DNA from: an uncultured Trueperaceae bacterium
Lineage (GTDB): Bacteria > Deinococcota > Deinococci > Deinococcales > Trueperaceae
Assembly: GCA_963727505.1 (NCBI GenBank)
Contig: CAVSGP010000002.1
Coordinates: 160,001 to 224,000 of the forward strand
Reading direction: 5' to 3'
Length of the DNA: 64,000 bases
Part shown: positions 48,846 to 58,295 of the stretch, one piece after another
Numbering within the stretch: position 1 is the first letter of the stretch
Layout: each line of letters opens with the position of its first letter
Made by a program: the position numbers and the translations under genes
The notes under the pieces: model-generated
The model's database searches: none
Told to the model about the DNA's origin: nothing
What the model saw: the letters and a program-made list of their open reading frames with translations, nothing else

Positions 48846-50338
48846 GGGAGCCCTCCGGGGGTTGCAGTGAGCTCCCCCAGCGCGTTGCGCAGTTGGAGCA
48901 AAGCCAGGTAGTACGCGTTCTGATCCGACTCCACGGAACGTTGCGCCTGGTCGTAAGCGACGCGAGCGTCGCCGACATCCAGTGCGGTGGCGAGGCCCGC
49001 GGCGAGGCGCGCCTGCGCCGTAGCGAGCGCCTGCTGTGAAGCGGCCAGCGACGCCCGGTCGGCGGCCAGCGACCCCTCGATCGCCTGCCACGTCGCGTAG
49101 CGCTGACGGATGTCGAGCGCAGCGGAGCGCCGGGTGGCCGCCAGCGCCGCCTCGGCGCTGGCCAGCGCGGTGCGGGCAGAGCCCACGGCCGCGTCCGACG
49201 AAGGCGCGTCCAACGGGATGCTCACCGAGGCACCGATGCTGAGCTGGGTGGTGACCGCCCCCGACGCTCCCGGAGCGATGGGATAGGAGACGCTGCCGCT
49301 AGCGACGCCCTTCTGGAAGTCGAGCCCGGCGTTCACGCCGAGGCCTACCTGCGTGCCGCTGGCATCGTGGCTCGTCACCCCGAGGGCGAGGCTGGCGCTC
49401 GGGATCCAGCGCTGCGCGGCACTCACAGACAGTGAGCCCTGGGCCTGCCGGACCCGGATCTGCGCCACCTGCACGTCGTCGCGTCGGGGCACGCCCGCCT
49501 GCACGAGATCGGCGAGCGATCCGGCTGGAGCCGTGGGCTGCGGCGCCACCGTGGTCAAGGGAGCATCGGTCAGGGGCATGCCGAGGGTGTCGAAGAGCGT
49601 GCGGCGAGCGAGGTCGAGCGTGCCGGCCGCCTGGGCCAGGGCGGCCTGGGCTCCCGCCAGCGCCGCCTGCGCCTGGGCCAGCCCCTGATCGCTGAGCTGT
49701 CCCTGGGCGTGTTGCGCCTGGGCCGCGCTCAGCTTCGCCTGCGCCTGCCGGGCCGCGGCCTGGGCCGCGTCGTTGGCGGTGGCCGCCAGACGGGCCGCGA
49801 AGTACTGCTGCTCGACGGTGAGGCGCAGTCCCGCCCGGGCGCTGTCGCGGTTGAGGGCGGCCACGGCGAGCCCGGCCTCGGAATTGGCGATCGAGGCGTC
49901 GACCGGCGCCCACGGCAAGACCGTGGCGGAGGCCGAAACGGAGACCTTGGCGGTCGCTCCGGTGCGGCCGCCCGTGCCCGCCAGGGTGTCGGTGCGGTCG
50001 TAACTGCCGCCGGCCGCCACCTGCAATCCGGCGTTGGCCCGGGCGGCGGCCAGCGCGTCCGCCGCGCTCCGGTAGTCGAGGTCGGCCTTCTGCCAGCCGG
50101 GCGCCTGGGGAAGCGCAGCGAGTGCGTCCGCGAGGGTGAATCCGGGCGCCTCCGCAGGGGCTTGGGCGGGTGGCTGGGCTGGCGTTTCGGCCGGCGTCTC
50201 GGCCGGCGTCTGGGCCGGCGTCTCGGCCGGCGTCTGGGTGGACGCCTGTGCGCGCGCCGGCGGGCCGAGCAGGAACGGGACCAGTACGAGCGCCAGGACG
50301 AGGACCGCCCCCGACGCCCGCATGCGGTTGGGGCTCAT
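48842..50338 (-). CDS. TolC-like outer membrane factor with 2+4 predicted beta-strands (OMF-A, copy 1)
   Basis: Signal peptide; TPAE repeats; OEP repeats; GLATALDV; four alternating-pattern strands in repeat 2. Confidence 0.82.
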   Translation of the reverse strand: MSPNRMRASGAVLVLALVLVPFLLGPPARAQASTQTPAETPAQTPAETPAETPAQPPAQAPAEAPGFTLADALAALPQAPGWQKADLDYRSAADALAAARANAGLQVAAGGSYDRTDTLAGTGGRTGATAKVSVSASATVLPWAPVDASIANSEAGLAVAALNRDSARAGLRLTVEQQYFAARLAATANDAAQAAARQAQAKLSAAQAQHAQGQLSDQGLAQAQAALAGAQAALAQAAGTLDLARRTLFDTLGMPLTDAPLTTVAPQPTAPAGSLADLVQAGVPRRDDVQVAQIRVRQAQGSLSVSAAQRWIPSASLALGVTSHDASGTQVGLGVNAGLDFQKGVASGSVSYPIAPGASGAVTTQLSIGASVSIPLDAPSSDAAVGSARTALASAEAALAATRRSAALDIRQRYATWQAIEGSLAADRASLAASQQALATAQARLAAGLATALDVGDARVAYDQAQRSVESDQNAYYLALLQLRNALGELTATPGGLP

Positions 50339-50583
50339 GTCGCCAAGCGTTCGCCAGGGGCGTGCAGGACTGGCGCGGATCATGTGCAGCTCATGTGCAG
50401 ATGTGCCGATGGCCCGCCGGCGCGGCCGAGACTGGGGGCGGGGCCACAACGCGGCGCGGGACCTGGCTGCTACAATCGATAGTTGGCTATGATGAACTTT
50501 TCGGAAACGCCAATTGTTCTCGCGAGTCGCTCGCCACGAGCGCCGTCGAGCGGGCCCGTGTTCCGTCCCGACCGAAAGCGGTC

Positions 50584-51021
50584 ATGAAGGACGCCCGCTC
50601 GGACACGCGCGCCGGTCTGCTATCCGAGCTTCACGAGACCACCTTCCGCATGATGCGGGTGCAGCGCCAGGTCGCCGACCGGGCCTTCTCGCCCCTCGGC
50701 CTGCGGCCGGTGCAGGCCTTCGCGCTCGCGCTGCTCGGGCATGAGGCCAGCTACCCGAAGGAGCTCGCGCACCTGCTCGACGCTCCGCCCTCGGTGGTCT
50801 CGGTCCTGCTGTCCGACCTCGAGGGGCGAGGGCTGGTGAGCCGAACGGTGGACCCGGCCGACCGGCGCCGGGTACGGCTCGAGCTCACCGCCGAAGGGCG
50901 CCGCACGCTCGATGCCGTCCAACACGCCTGGCTCGACGCCAACGCCCCCCGCCTCGCCCGACTCGGCACGGCAGACCTAGAAGCCCTGGTGCGCATCCAG
51001 AAGGCCCTGCTAGAGGAGTGA
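50584..51021 (+). CDS. MarR family transcriptional regulator
   Basis: LE.RGLV.R..DPADRR...L.LT.EG. Confidence 0.9.
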   Translation: MKDARSDTRAGLLSELHETTFRMMRVQRQVADRAFSPLGLRPVQAFALALLGHEASYPKELAHLLDAPPSVVSVLLSDLEGRGLVSRTVDPADRRRVRLELTAEGRRTLDAVQHAWLDANAPRLARLGTADLEALVRIQKALLEE

Positions 51022-51025
51022 CGCC

Positions 51026-52357
51026 ATGAAACGAACGCTCTTGCTCGCCTTCCTCCTCCTCTTGCCGACGGTCACCGCCCAGTCGGGGCAGGACACACCC
51101 ACGCTGAGCACCTTCCTCGCCCCCCTCGCCGACCAGCCGTCGCTACGGGCGGTGGGCGAGCAGGTGGCCTCGGCCGAGGCCCAGCTGCGGGCGGCCTACG
51201 ACCCGGTCTCGCTGCAGGCGTCGGGGGGGTACACCGCCTTCGACACCACCTCGGTCGATATCAACCCCGCCCAGTCCGGCGTGCAGAACCTGCCGGCCAG
51301 TGGCGGACAGATCTCGGCCGCCGTGACCGTACGCCCCTGGCTTTTCGGCGACACCGCCGACCAGGCCGACAAGAGCCGCCTCCAGCTCGACCAGACCCGG
51401 CTCGACTACCGCGACGCCCTGACCGGCCTCCAGATCCAGGCGGTGCAAGCCGCCTACGGCGTGCAACTCGCCCGCGAGTCGCTGGCCTCGGCCCAGGAGG
51501 GCGAGAAGGTCGCCCAGGCTGCGCTCGACGCCACCCGCTTGCGGAACGACAAGGGAGCGGCCAGCGACCGCGACCTTCGCAGCGCCCAGACCGGGCTCGA
51601 GCAGGCCCGCCAGTACGTGGCCAACGCCAAGGGGGGGCTGGCGCTCGCGCAGACCACGCTCGAGAGCCTGGTCGGCCCCACCGCCGCGCCCGACGTGGCG
51701 GCGTTGACGCTCGAGGTCCCCGACGGCACCGCTCTTTCGGTCCAGAAGGCGCGCCTGAGCGCGAGCCTGGCCGGTGTCTCGGTGCGCAACGCCACCCGCT
51801 CGGTCTACCCCGTCGTGCAGGCCGGTTACACCTGGAACGTCGACAGCAAGGACAGCGTCGGCGTGTCGATCGAGTCGCGCACGCTCCAACCCAAGGTCAG
51901 CTACGGCTTCCAGAGTCCGGGGAGCTCCTTCCCCCAGGACCAGATCAACGGCAGCTTCCAGATCGGCGTGTCGATGACCATCTCCCCCGGTGTCATCGAC
52001 GGCCTGCGGGCCACCCATGCACAGCTCCGCGCCGCCCAGGACGGCGTCGATGCTGCGGTGCGCAGCGCCGCGGTACAGAAGGCGTCGCTCGACAACGATC
52101 TCGCTCAGGCCAAGCGCGCGTTGAGCCTTGCGCAGCGCCAACTCGACGATGCGCACGCCACCCTCCAGGAGGACCAGACCCGCGAGAGGCTCGGCCTGGG
52201 AACCCCCCTGACCACGCAACAGGCGGCGCTGGACCTCACCCAGCGCCAACTCGACCTACAGCAGGCCCGCCAGGACACCCTCGCCAAGACCCTGGCGTAC
52301 TACCGCTTCTACGCCCACCCCCTGGTGAGCCAGACCCCGTCGGAGGTCCAGCCGTGA
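51026..52357 (+). CDS. TolC-like outer membrane factor with 2+4 predicted beta-strands (OMF-A, copy 2)
   Basis: Signal peptide; OEP helical repeats; strands VSLQASGGY and QISAAVTV in repeat 1; VVQAGYTW, SVGVSIES, PKVSYGF and FQIGVSMTI in repeat 2. Confidence 0.82.
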   Translation: MKRTLLLAFLLLLPTVTAQSGQDTPTLSTFLAPLADQPSLRAVGEQVASAEAQLRAAYDPVSLQASGGYTAFDTTSVDINPAQSGVQNLPASGGQISAAVTVRPWLFGDTADQADKSRLQLDQTRLDYRDALTGLQIQAVQAAYGVQLARESLASAQEGEKVAQAALDATRLRNDKGAASDRDLRSAQTGLEQARQYVANAKGGLALAQTTLESLVGPTAAPDVAALTLEVPDGTALSVQKARLSASLAGVSVRNATRSVYPVVQAGYTWNVDSKDSVGVSIESRTLQPKVSYGFQSPGSSFPQDQINGSFQIGVSMTISPGVIDGLRATHAQLRAAQDGVDAAVRSAAVQKASLDNDLAQAKRALSLAQRQLDDAHATLQEDQTRERLGLGTPLTTQQAALDLTQRQLDLQQARQDTLAKTLAYYRFYAHPLVSQTPSEVQP

Positions 52358-53469
52358 AACGCCTCATCTTCGCTCTCGTCGGCGTGTTGCCGCTGCTCCT
52401 GCCCGCCGCGCACGCATTCGGATTCCAGGACGCCCTGCAGGCCGCGCAGACGCGGCCCGACGCCGTGACCAAGCGGCTCGAGCTCCTCAACGACAGCAAC
52501 GAGCTGGTGCGTGTGCAGGGCGATCCCCTCGCCCTCAAGATGGACCTCGTCAAGGCTCAGCAGGCGGTCGCGCTCGATCGCGCCGAACTCGAGAAGGCCT
52601 ACGACGACGCCCTCGTGACCATCGCCCAGGCCTACACGGGCGTCCTCGAGGCGCGCGAGCAGGCGGCACTTGCGGACAAGGGCGTCGAGGTGAGCAAGGC
52701 GTCGCTCGACATCGCCAAGATCCGCCGCACCAACGGCAGCGGCACCGACCTCGACGTGCAGGACGCCCAGGTGTCGCTCGACAACGCCACCAAGAACACG
52801 CAGACCGCCCACAAGAGCCTGGCGATCGCCGAAGCCAATCTGGAGGGCCTGGTCGGGCAGACCCTCGACCCAGGCGCGCTCGAGCCGATCCCCGATGTCT
52901 TCCTGGTGGACGTGCCGTCGACCGACACCGCCACCCAGGCGCTGCCCCACACGCCGCAGCTGCTGCAGTCCCAGCAGGGCCTGGTGCTGGCCCGGCTCGG
53001 GGTCCAGATGCTCGACCCGAGCTACGCATCGGCGTCGCAGATCGAGTCCGCCAAGACGCAGTTACAGACCACCGAGAAGCTCGTCGCCGAAGCGCAGCGC
53101 GGCCTCCAGATCCAGGCCAGGAACCTGGTGGTGCAGGCCCAGAGCGCAGCCGAGTCCTTCCGCATCGAGCAGGACAACCTGGCCAACGCCAACCAGCGGC
53201 TCGGGTTCGCCTCGGACCGGCTGAACGCCGGCCTGATCCCCAAGATCCAGTTCCAGAAGGCGGAGCTCGACCAGCTCCAGGCCAAGCTCTCTGCGTTGCA
53301 GGCGCGCGACGGCTACGTGGTGGCGCTGCTCCAGCTCCAGGCCGGCACCCAGCTCCAGCTGCAGGGCCCGAGCGTCTACGATTTCGCGGCCACCGTGGGA
53401 CCTCTACCCGGCGATGCCGGCGTTGCACCCAGCGGAGGCGCAGGGAACGGTTCCAGCAATGGGCAGTAG
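52354..53469 (+). CDS. TolC-like outer membrane factor lacking beta-barrel strands (OMF-B, copy 2)
   Basis: Signal peptide; OEP helices (IAQAY, GSGTDLDV, GLIPK); turns GDPLAL and DPSYAS at the strand positions. Confidence 0.8.
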   Translation: MKRLIFALVGVLPLLLPAAHAFGFQDALQAAQTRPDAVTKRLELLNDSNELVRVQGDPLALKMDLVKAQQAVALDRAELEKAYDDALVTIAQAYTGVLEAREQAALADKGVEVSKASLDIAKIRRTNGSGTDLDVQDAQVSLDNATKNTQTAHKSLAIAEANLEGLVGQTLDPGALEPIPDVFLVDVPSTDTATQALPHTPQLLQSQQGLVLARLGVQMLDPSYASASQIESAKTQLQTTEKLVAEAQRGLQIQARNLVVQAQSAAESFRIEQDNLANANQRLGFASDRLNAGLIPKIQFQKAELDQLQAKLSALQARDGYVVALLQLQAGTQLQLQGPSVYDFAATVGPLPGDAGVAPSGGAGNGSSNGQ

Positions 53470-54754
53470 GCCGGCCCGTCACGCGCTCACGGCCCTGCTG
53501 CTGACGCTGGTGCTGGTCCCGCTGACGGCGTGCGGTGGCCGCAAGGCGAGCGACCAGAGCGGGACCCAGCCGGCCGCCGGAACGACCGCCACGCAGACGG
53601 CGGCCGGATCGGCGGGGGCCGCCAGCGACGTGCGCAAGGTACGCGTCGTCCAGCCCCGTCAGGGTCAGCTCACAGCGCAGCGCAGCGCCTCGGTGACCAT
53701 CGACCCGGCCCGCTCGTCGATGGTCGCGGCCGGCACCTCCGGACAAGTGGCGAGCGTGCTCCACCGTGAAGGCGCCACCGTGAAGGCGGGCGAGACGGTC
53801 GTGCAGCTCGACACCACCTCGCTGCAGCTCCAGGTCCAGAACGCCCAGACGGCCCTGGAGAGCGCGAAGGTCAACCTCTCCAAGGCCCAGCAGTCGGCCA
53901 GAGACGGCCTGGCGCAGACCCAGGCCGCGCTCGACGCCGCCCAGCAGAACCTGTCGCTGGCCCAGAGGCAGGTCGACAACGGCAAGAACCTCTACGCCGC
54001 CGGCGGCATCTCCGCCACCGACCTGCAGAGCCTGCAGGCGCAGCTCGCCCAGGCCCAGTCGAGCTACCAGCAGGCCAGGGACGCGGTCGACCAGGCGCAG
54101 CGCGCCGAGACCGAGGACCTCCAGCTCCAGCGGTTGCAGGTGCAGCAGGCCCAGACCCAGCTCGACCAGGCGCGGCACACCCTGGCCGAGGCCACCATCA
54201 CCGCGCCGTTCGACGGCCAGATCGCCGACATGCGGGTCTCCGAAGGCGAGTTCGTGGCGACCGGTAGCCCCGTGTTCCGGCTCGTCTCCGTACGGACCCA
54301 GCTCGCCAAGTTCGATGTACCCCCACAGGACGCGCAGCAGCTCTCCGACAAGGGCGTGGTGTACGTGAGCTACGGTGGCCTCGACTACGCCGCCAAGATC
54401 GTGCGCAGCACCACCGTAACGGGATCGTCGCGGCAAGTGGAGCTTACCGCCAGCGTGTACGCCTCCAAGCACCCCATGCCGATCGGTGCGACCGGCCAGG
54501 TCAACTACCAGGTGACGCTGGCGACCGGTCTGTTGCTCCCGTCCGACGCGCTCAAGACCGACAGCGGCGAGAGCACGGTGCTGGTGGTCAAGGATGGCGT
54601 CGCGACACAGACGAAGGTACAGCTCCAGGCCGAGGTCGGGGGTACCGCCGCGATCCAGGGCCTGCCGGCCGGCAGTCAGGTCGTCTACCCCGTCCCCGGT
54701 GACCTCCTGGCAGGCTCCAAGGTCCAGGTCGTGGGGGGCGCCACGTCGCCATGA
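53459..54754 (+). CDS. RND periplasmic adaptor (MFP), copy 2, lipoprotein
   Basis: Lipobox LTAC; G.V..V...G..VKAG; long alpha-hairpin; ITAPFDG. Confidence 0.9.
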   Translation: MGSRPARHALTALLLTLVLVPLTACGGRKASDQSGTQPAAGTTATQTAAGSAGAASDVRKVRVVQPRQGQLTAQRSASVTIDPARSSMVAAGTSGQVASVLHREGATVKAGETVVQLDTTSLQLQVQNAQTALESAKVNLSKAQQSARDGLAQTQAALDAAQQNLSLAQRQVDNGKNLYAAGGISATDLQSLQAQLAQAQSSYQQARDAVDQAQRAETEDLQLQRLQVQQAQTQLDQARHTLAEATITAPFDGQIADMRVSEGEFVATGSPVFRLVSVRTQLAKFDVPPQDAQQLSDKGVVYVSYGGLDYAAKIVRSTTVTGSSRQVELTASVYASKHPMPIGATGQVNYQVTLATGLLLPSDALKTDSGESTVLVVKDGVATQTKVQLQAEVGGTAAIQGLPAGSQVVYPVPGDLLAGSKVQVVGGATSP

Positions 54755-57700
54755 GACGCCTGGTCCAGTTCTTCGTCAACAACTACGTCCTGACCATCAG
54801 CGTCTTCGGGGCACTGGTGCTGTTCGGCGCCGTGAGCACCCTGAGCCGCGGCATCGAGCTGTTCCCGCCCATCACCGTGCCGGTCATCGCCGTCACCACC
54901 AGCTACAGCGGGGCGGGACCGGAGGAGGTGTCGCGTCAGGTGGCGCAGGCCGAGGAGGGCGCCCTCACCACGCTCCCCGGCATCAGCTCCGTCAGCTCGG
55001 TCAGCTACGAGGGCTACGCCATCGTCATCGCCCAGTTCAACGCCAACGCCGACATCAATCAGGCCGCCATCGACGTGAGCCAGCGTATCTCCCAGATCGG
55101 CAACCAGCTCCCCGACGGCGCCGGCAACCCGACGGTCCAGAAGTTCAACCCCAACGACCAGCCGATCCTCAGCGTGGCGGTCTCAGCGCCCGGTCAGGAC
55201 CTGATGGCCGTACAGAACTACGCCGAGAACACGCTGCAACCCGCCATCGAGAGGGTCAACGGGGTGGCAGACGTGACCGTGGTGGGGCCGGCCAAGGAGC
55301 AGGTGCAGGTCCTGCTCGATCCCAACGCGCTTGCCAACTTCGGCCTGACCCCCCAGCAAGTGTCGAACGCCATCCAGGCGTCGGCGCTCGACGTGCCGGC
55401 CGGCAGCCTGGATTTCGCCAACAGCCGCGTTCTGCTCACGGCGCGCGCCACCCCGACCGATGTCGCGCAGGTGGCGTCGATCCCGGTCGATCCCTCACGC
55501 GGTCTCAGCGTTTCCGATGTCGCCACGGTGCGCGACACCACCGCCAAGCCCACCTCCTACGCGCGCCTCGACGGCGAGCCGGTGGTGCTGCTGCAGGTGC
55601 GCAAGCTGTCGGACAGCAACGCCGTGGCGACCGCCAACGACCTGCGTGCCGCGCTGAAGAAGCTCGACCTGCCGGCCGGCTACAGCACGCAGATCGTGGG
55701 CGATACCACCACCTACGTGGCGTCCAGCGTCTACGACACCCTCCAGGAGATGCTGATCGCAGCGCTCGCCGTCTCCCTGGTCGTGCTGATGTTCGTCGGC
55801 CGGCTCGGCTCGGTGTTCGCCGTGGTACTCGCGATCCCGGTGGCGCTGTCGGGCGCACTGGTGATGTTCTGGCTGTTCAACTACAGCTTCAACATCATCA
55901 CGCTCCTCGCCCTCACCGTCGCCATCGGCCTGGTGGTCGACGACGCCATCGTGGTGGCCGAGAACATCGACCGCTACCGGGAGATGGGGTACGCGCGCCA
56001 CGAGGCGGTGCTCAAGGGCGCCAGCGAAGTCTCAACGGCGGTCCTGGCGGCGACCATGTCGCTGCTGGCGGTGTTCCTGCCGATCTCGTTCCTGCCCGGC
56101 ATCATCGGCCAGTTCTTCGCCCAGTTCGGCATCACCCTGGCGGCCACCGTGGCCTTCAGCTACTTGGAGGCGATGTTCTTCCTGACGGTCCGCCTGGCGC
56201 TGTCGCCAGATCCTTTCCCGCCGTCGTGGCGCGACCTCCCGGCTGCGCTGCGAGCGACGCGCAACGATCTCCGGTGGGGCCTGCACTTCTACCGCAGCGT
56301 CTGGTTCTGGCTCATCGCCCTGGCCGCGGGTGCCGGCCTCGTGCGGGGCCTTGGCGTGCGCTACCTAGCGCTACTGGTGCTTCTGCCGCTGCTGCTGGTG
56401 CTGCTCCGCATGCTCCTGCGCGTTGTGCTCGCGGTGCTCGGGGCGCTCTCGCTCAATCTCTTCCAGGTGGGCGACTTCCTGATCACGCGCACCCGCGACG
56501 CCTACGTGGCGGCGCTGTCGCGCCTGCTCCCGCGATCCTGGATCGTCCTCGTCACGGCCGCGCTGCTGTTCGCCAGCCTGTTCTGGGTGTTCCCGCGCAT
56601 CGGCTTCAACTTCCAGCCGCCGTCGGACACGGGCCAGCTCGTCGTCGACGCCCGTCTACCGGTGGGGACCAGCCTGGCGCGCACCAACCAGGTGGCCACA
56701 CAGATCGAGGCCAACCTGTTGGCCGACCCCATGGTGACGACCGTGCAGACGACGGTCGGCTCCGGCACCCAGGTCGGCGGCGCACTGCCCGAGGACGCCA
56801 GCCTGACCCTGCAGCTCGTCGACAAGAGCCAGCGCAACCGCACCACCAGCGAGCTGGCGGTGGCCGTCCAGGACCGCTTGCGCACGATGTTCGCCAGCCA
56901 CCCGGAGATCCGCATCAGCGTCGGCAGCTCCGACCCCAGCAACGCCCCCACCAACGCCGGCTACGACCTGACGCTGGCGTCGACCAACCTGGACGCGCTG
57001 CGTCAGCACTCCGACCAGGCGGTGGTCGTGCTGCAGAGCGACCCGCAGCTCCGCAACGTCCGCTCCGACGTGTCCTCCAGCTCAACCGAGCGCGTCTTCG
57101 TGGCGGACGCCGCGCAACTGGCGGGCACCGGCCTGACCCGCGCACAGATCTTCCAGGCACTGCGCACCTACAACGTCGGCACCCATGCCGCAACCATGCG
57201 CAAGTCGGGCGTGGAGATCCCCATCCAGGTGATGGCCGATCCCCGCAATCTCGTGAACGAGCAGACCATCCTCAGCCTGCCGCTGTACGCGCCCGGCCTG
57301 CAGACCACCGTCACGCTGGGCGACCTCGGTCACTTCGAGACCCGCCTCGCCCCCGCTGTGATCCGCCGCACCAACCAGTCCTACAGCTCCGACGTGACCG
57401 CTGACCTGGCGCCGGGCGTGACCCAGTCCGAGGCGAAGCAGCAGGCGCACCAGCTGTTGGTGGCTGCCGGGGTGCTCGACGCGCAAGTGGTGCAGACCAC
57501 CAGCGGGAACCTCGACCTGCTGGGCGACCTGCTCAAGTACGGTCCGATCGCGTTCGCACTGGCGCTGCTGCTGAACTACCTGGCCATCGGTAGCCAGTTC
57601 AACTCCTTCAAGTATCCGCTCTACCTGTTGCTGACGGTCCCGCTGGCGCTGGTCGGAGCGATCTGGCTGTTCTACTTCACCGGCAACTCGCTCGACGTGA

Positions 57701-58269
57701 TCAGCATCCTGGGGGTGGTGATGCTGGTGGGTCTGGTCACCAAGAACGCCATCCTGCTCCTGGACGTGACCATGCGGCGGGCCTCCGAAGGGGACGACCT
57801 CTACGCCGCTCTGGTGGAGGCCGGGCGTGTGCGCTTCCGGCCCATCGTGATGACCACCCTCACCGTCGTGGTCATCAGCATCCCGTTGATGGTCGGCGCC
57901 TCGCAGGGAGCGGAGTTCCGCTTCCCGCTGGGTCTGGTCATCGTGGGGGGCGTGCTCAGCTCGGCGCTGCTGACCTTCTTCGTCGTGCCTGCCGCCTTCT
58001 ACCAGTTCGAGCGCAAGCGCTACGAGCGACTGGGGGCGGCGGCCGTCCCGCGTGGCGGCGCGGCCCCGGACGCCTCACCCAGCGGCGGCGGCGCGGGTGG
58101 CCCGGTAGAGCGCGGGCAAGACCGCTCCCCCCGGAGCGGTGGACCCGGCCCCTCGCAGCGACGTCCGAGCAGCGCGAGCCCGCACACCGGTAGCCCGAAC
58201 ACCGCCACCGAACGCAGTCGCGCACGCACCGAGCCCGGAAACCCCGACGAGGCGACCGGGGGCCGCTAG
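54751..58269 (+). CDS. RND efflux permease (AcrB/AcrD/AcrF family), copy 2
   Basis: [28 protein letters not shown]. Confidence 0.93.
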   Translation: MRRLVQFFVNNYVLTISVFGALVLFGAVSTLSRGIELFPPITVPVIAVTTSYSGAGPEEVSRQVAQAEEGALTTLPGISSVSSVSYEGYAIVIAQFNANADINQAAIDVSQRISQIGNQLPDGAGNPTVQKFNPNDQPILSVAVSAPGQDLMAVQNYAENTLQPAIERVNGVADVTVVGPAKEQVQVLLDPNALANFGLTPQQVSNAIQASALDVPAGSLDFANSRVLLTARATPTDVAQVASIPVDPSRGLSVSDVATVRDTTAKPTSYARLDGEPVVLLQVRKLSDSNAVATANDLRAALKKLDLPAGYSTQIVGDTTTYVASSVYDTLQEMLIAALAVSLVVLMFVGRLGSVFAVVLAIPVALSGALVMFWLFNYSFNIITLLALTVAIGLVVDDAIVVAENIDRYREMGYARHEAVLKGASEVSTAVLAATMSLLAVFLPISFLPGIIGQFFAQFGITLAATVAFSYLEAMFFLTVRLALSPDPFPPSWRDLPAALRATRNDLRWGLHFYRSVWFWLIALAAGAGLVRGLGVRYLALLVLLPLLLVLLRMLLRVVLAVLGALSLNLFQVGDFLITRTRDAYVAALSRLLPRSWIVLVTAALLFASLFWVFPRIGFNFQPPSDTGQLVVDARLPVGTSLARTNQVATQIEANLLADPMVTTVQTTVGSGTQVGGALPEDASLTLQLVDKSQRNRTTSELAVAVQDRLRTMFASHPEIRISVGSSDPSNAPTNAGYDLTLASTNLDALRQHSDQAVVVLQSDPQLRNVRSDVSSSSTERVFVADAAQLAGTGLTRAQIFQALRTYNVGTHAATMRKSGVEIPIQVMADPRNLVNEQTILSLPLYAPGLQTTVTLGDLGHFETRLAPAVIRRTNQSYSSDVTADLAPGVTQSEAKQQAHQLLVAAGVLDAQVVQTTSGNLDLLGDLLKYGPIAFALALLLNYLAIGSQFNSFKYPLYLLLTVPLALVGAIWLFYFTGNSLDVISILGVVMLVGLVTKNAILLLDVTMRRASEGDDLYAALVEAGRVRFRPIVMTTLTVVVISIPLMVGASQGAEFRFPLGLVIVGGVLSSALLTFFVVPAAFYQFERKRYERLGAAAVPRGGAAPDASPSGGGAGGPVERGQDRSPRSGGPGPSQRRPSSASPHTGSPNTATERSRARTEPGNPDEATGGR

Positions 58270-58295
58270 ATGCCAGAGCGTAGGATGGGACCACC

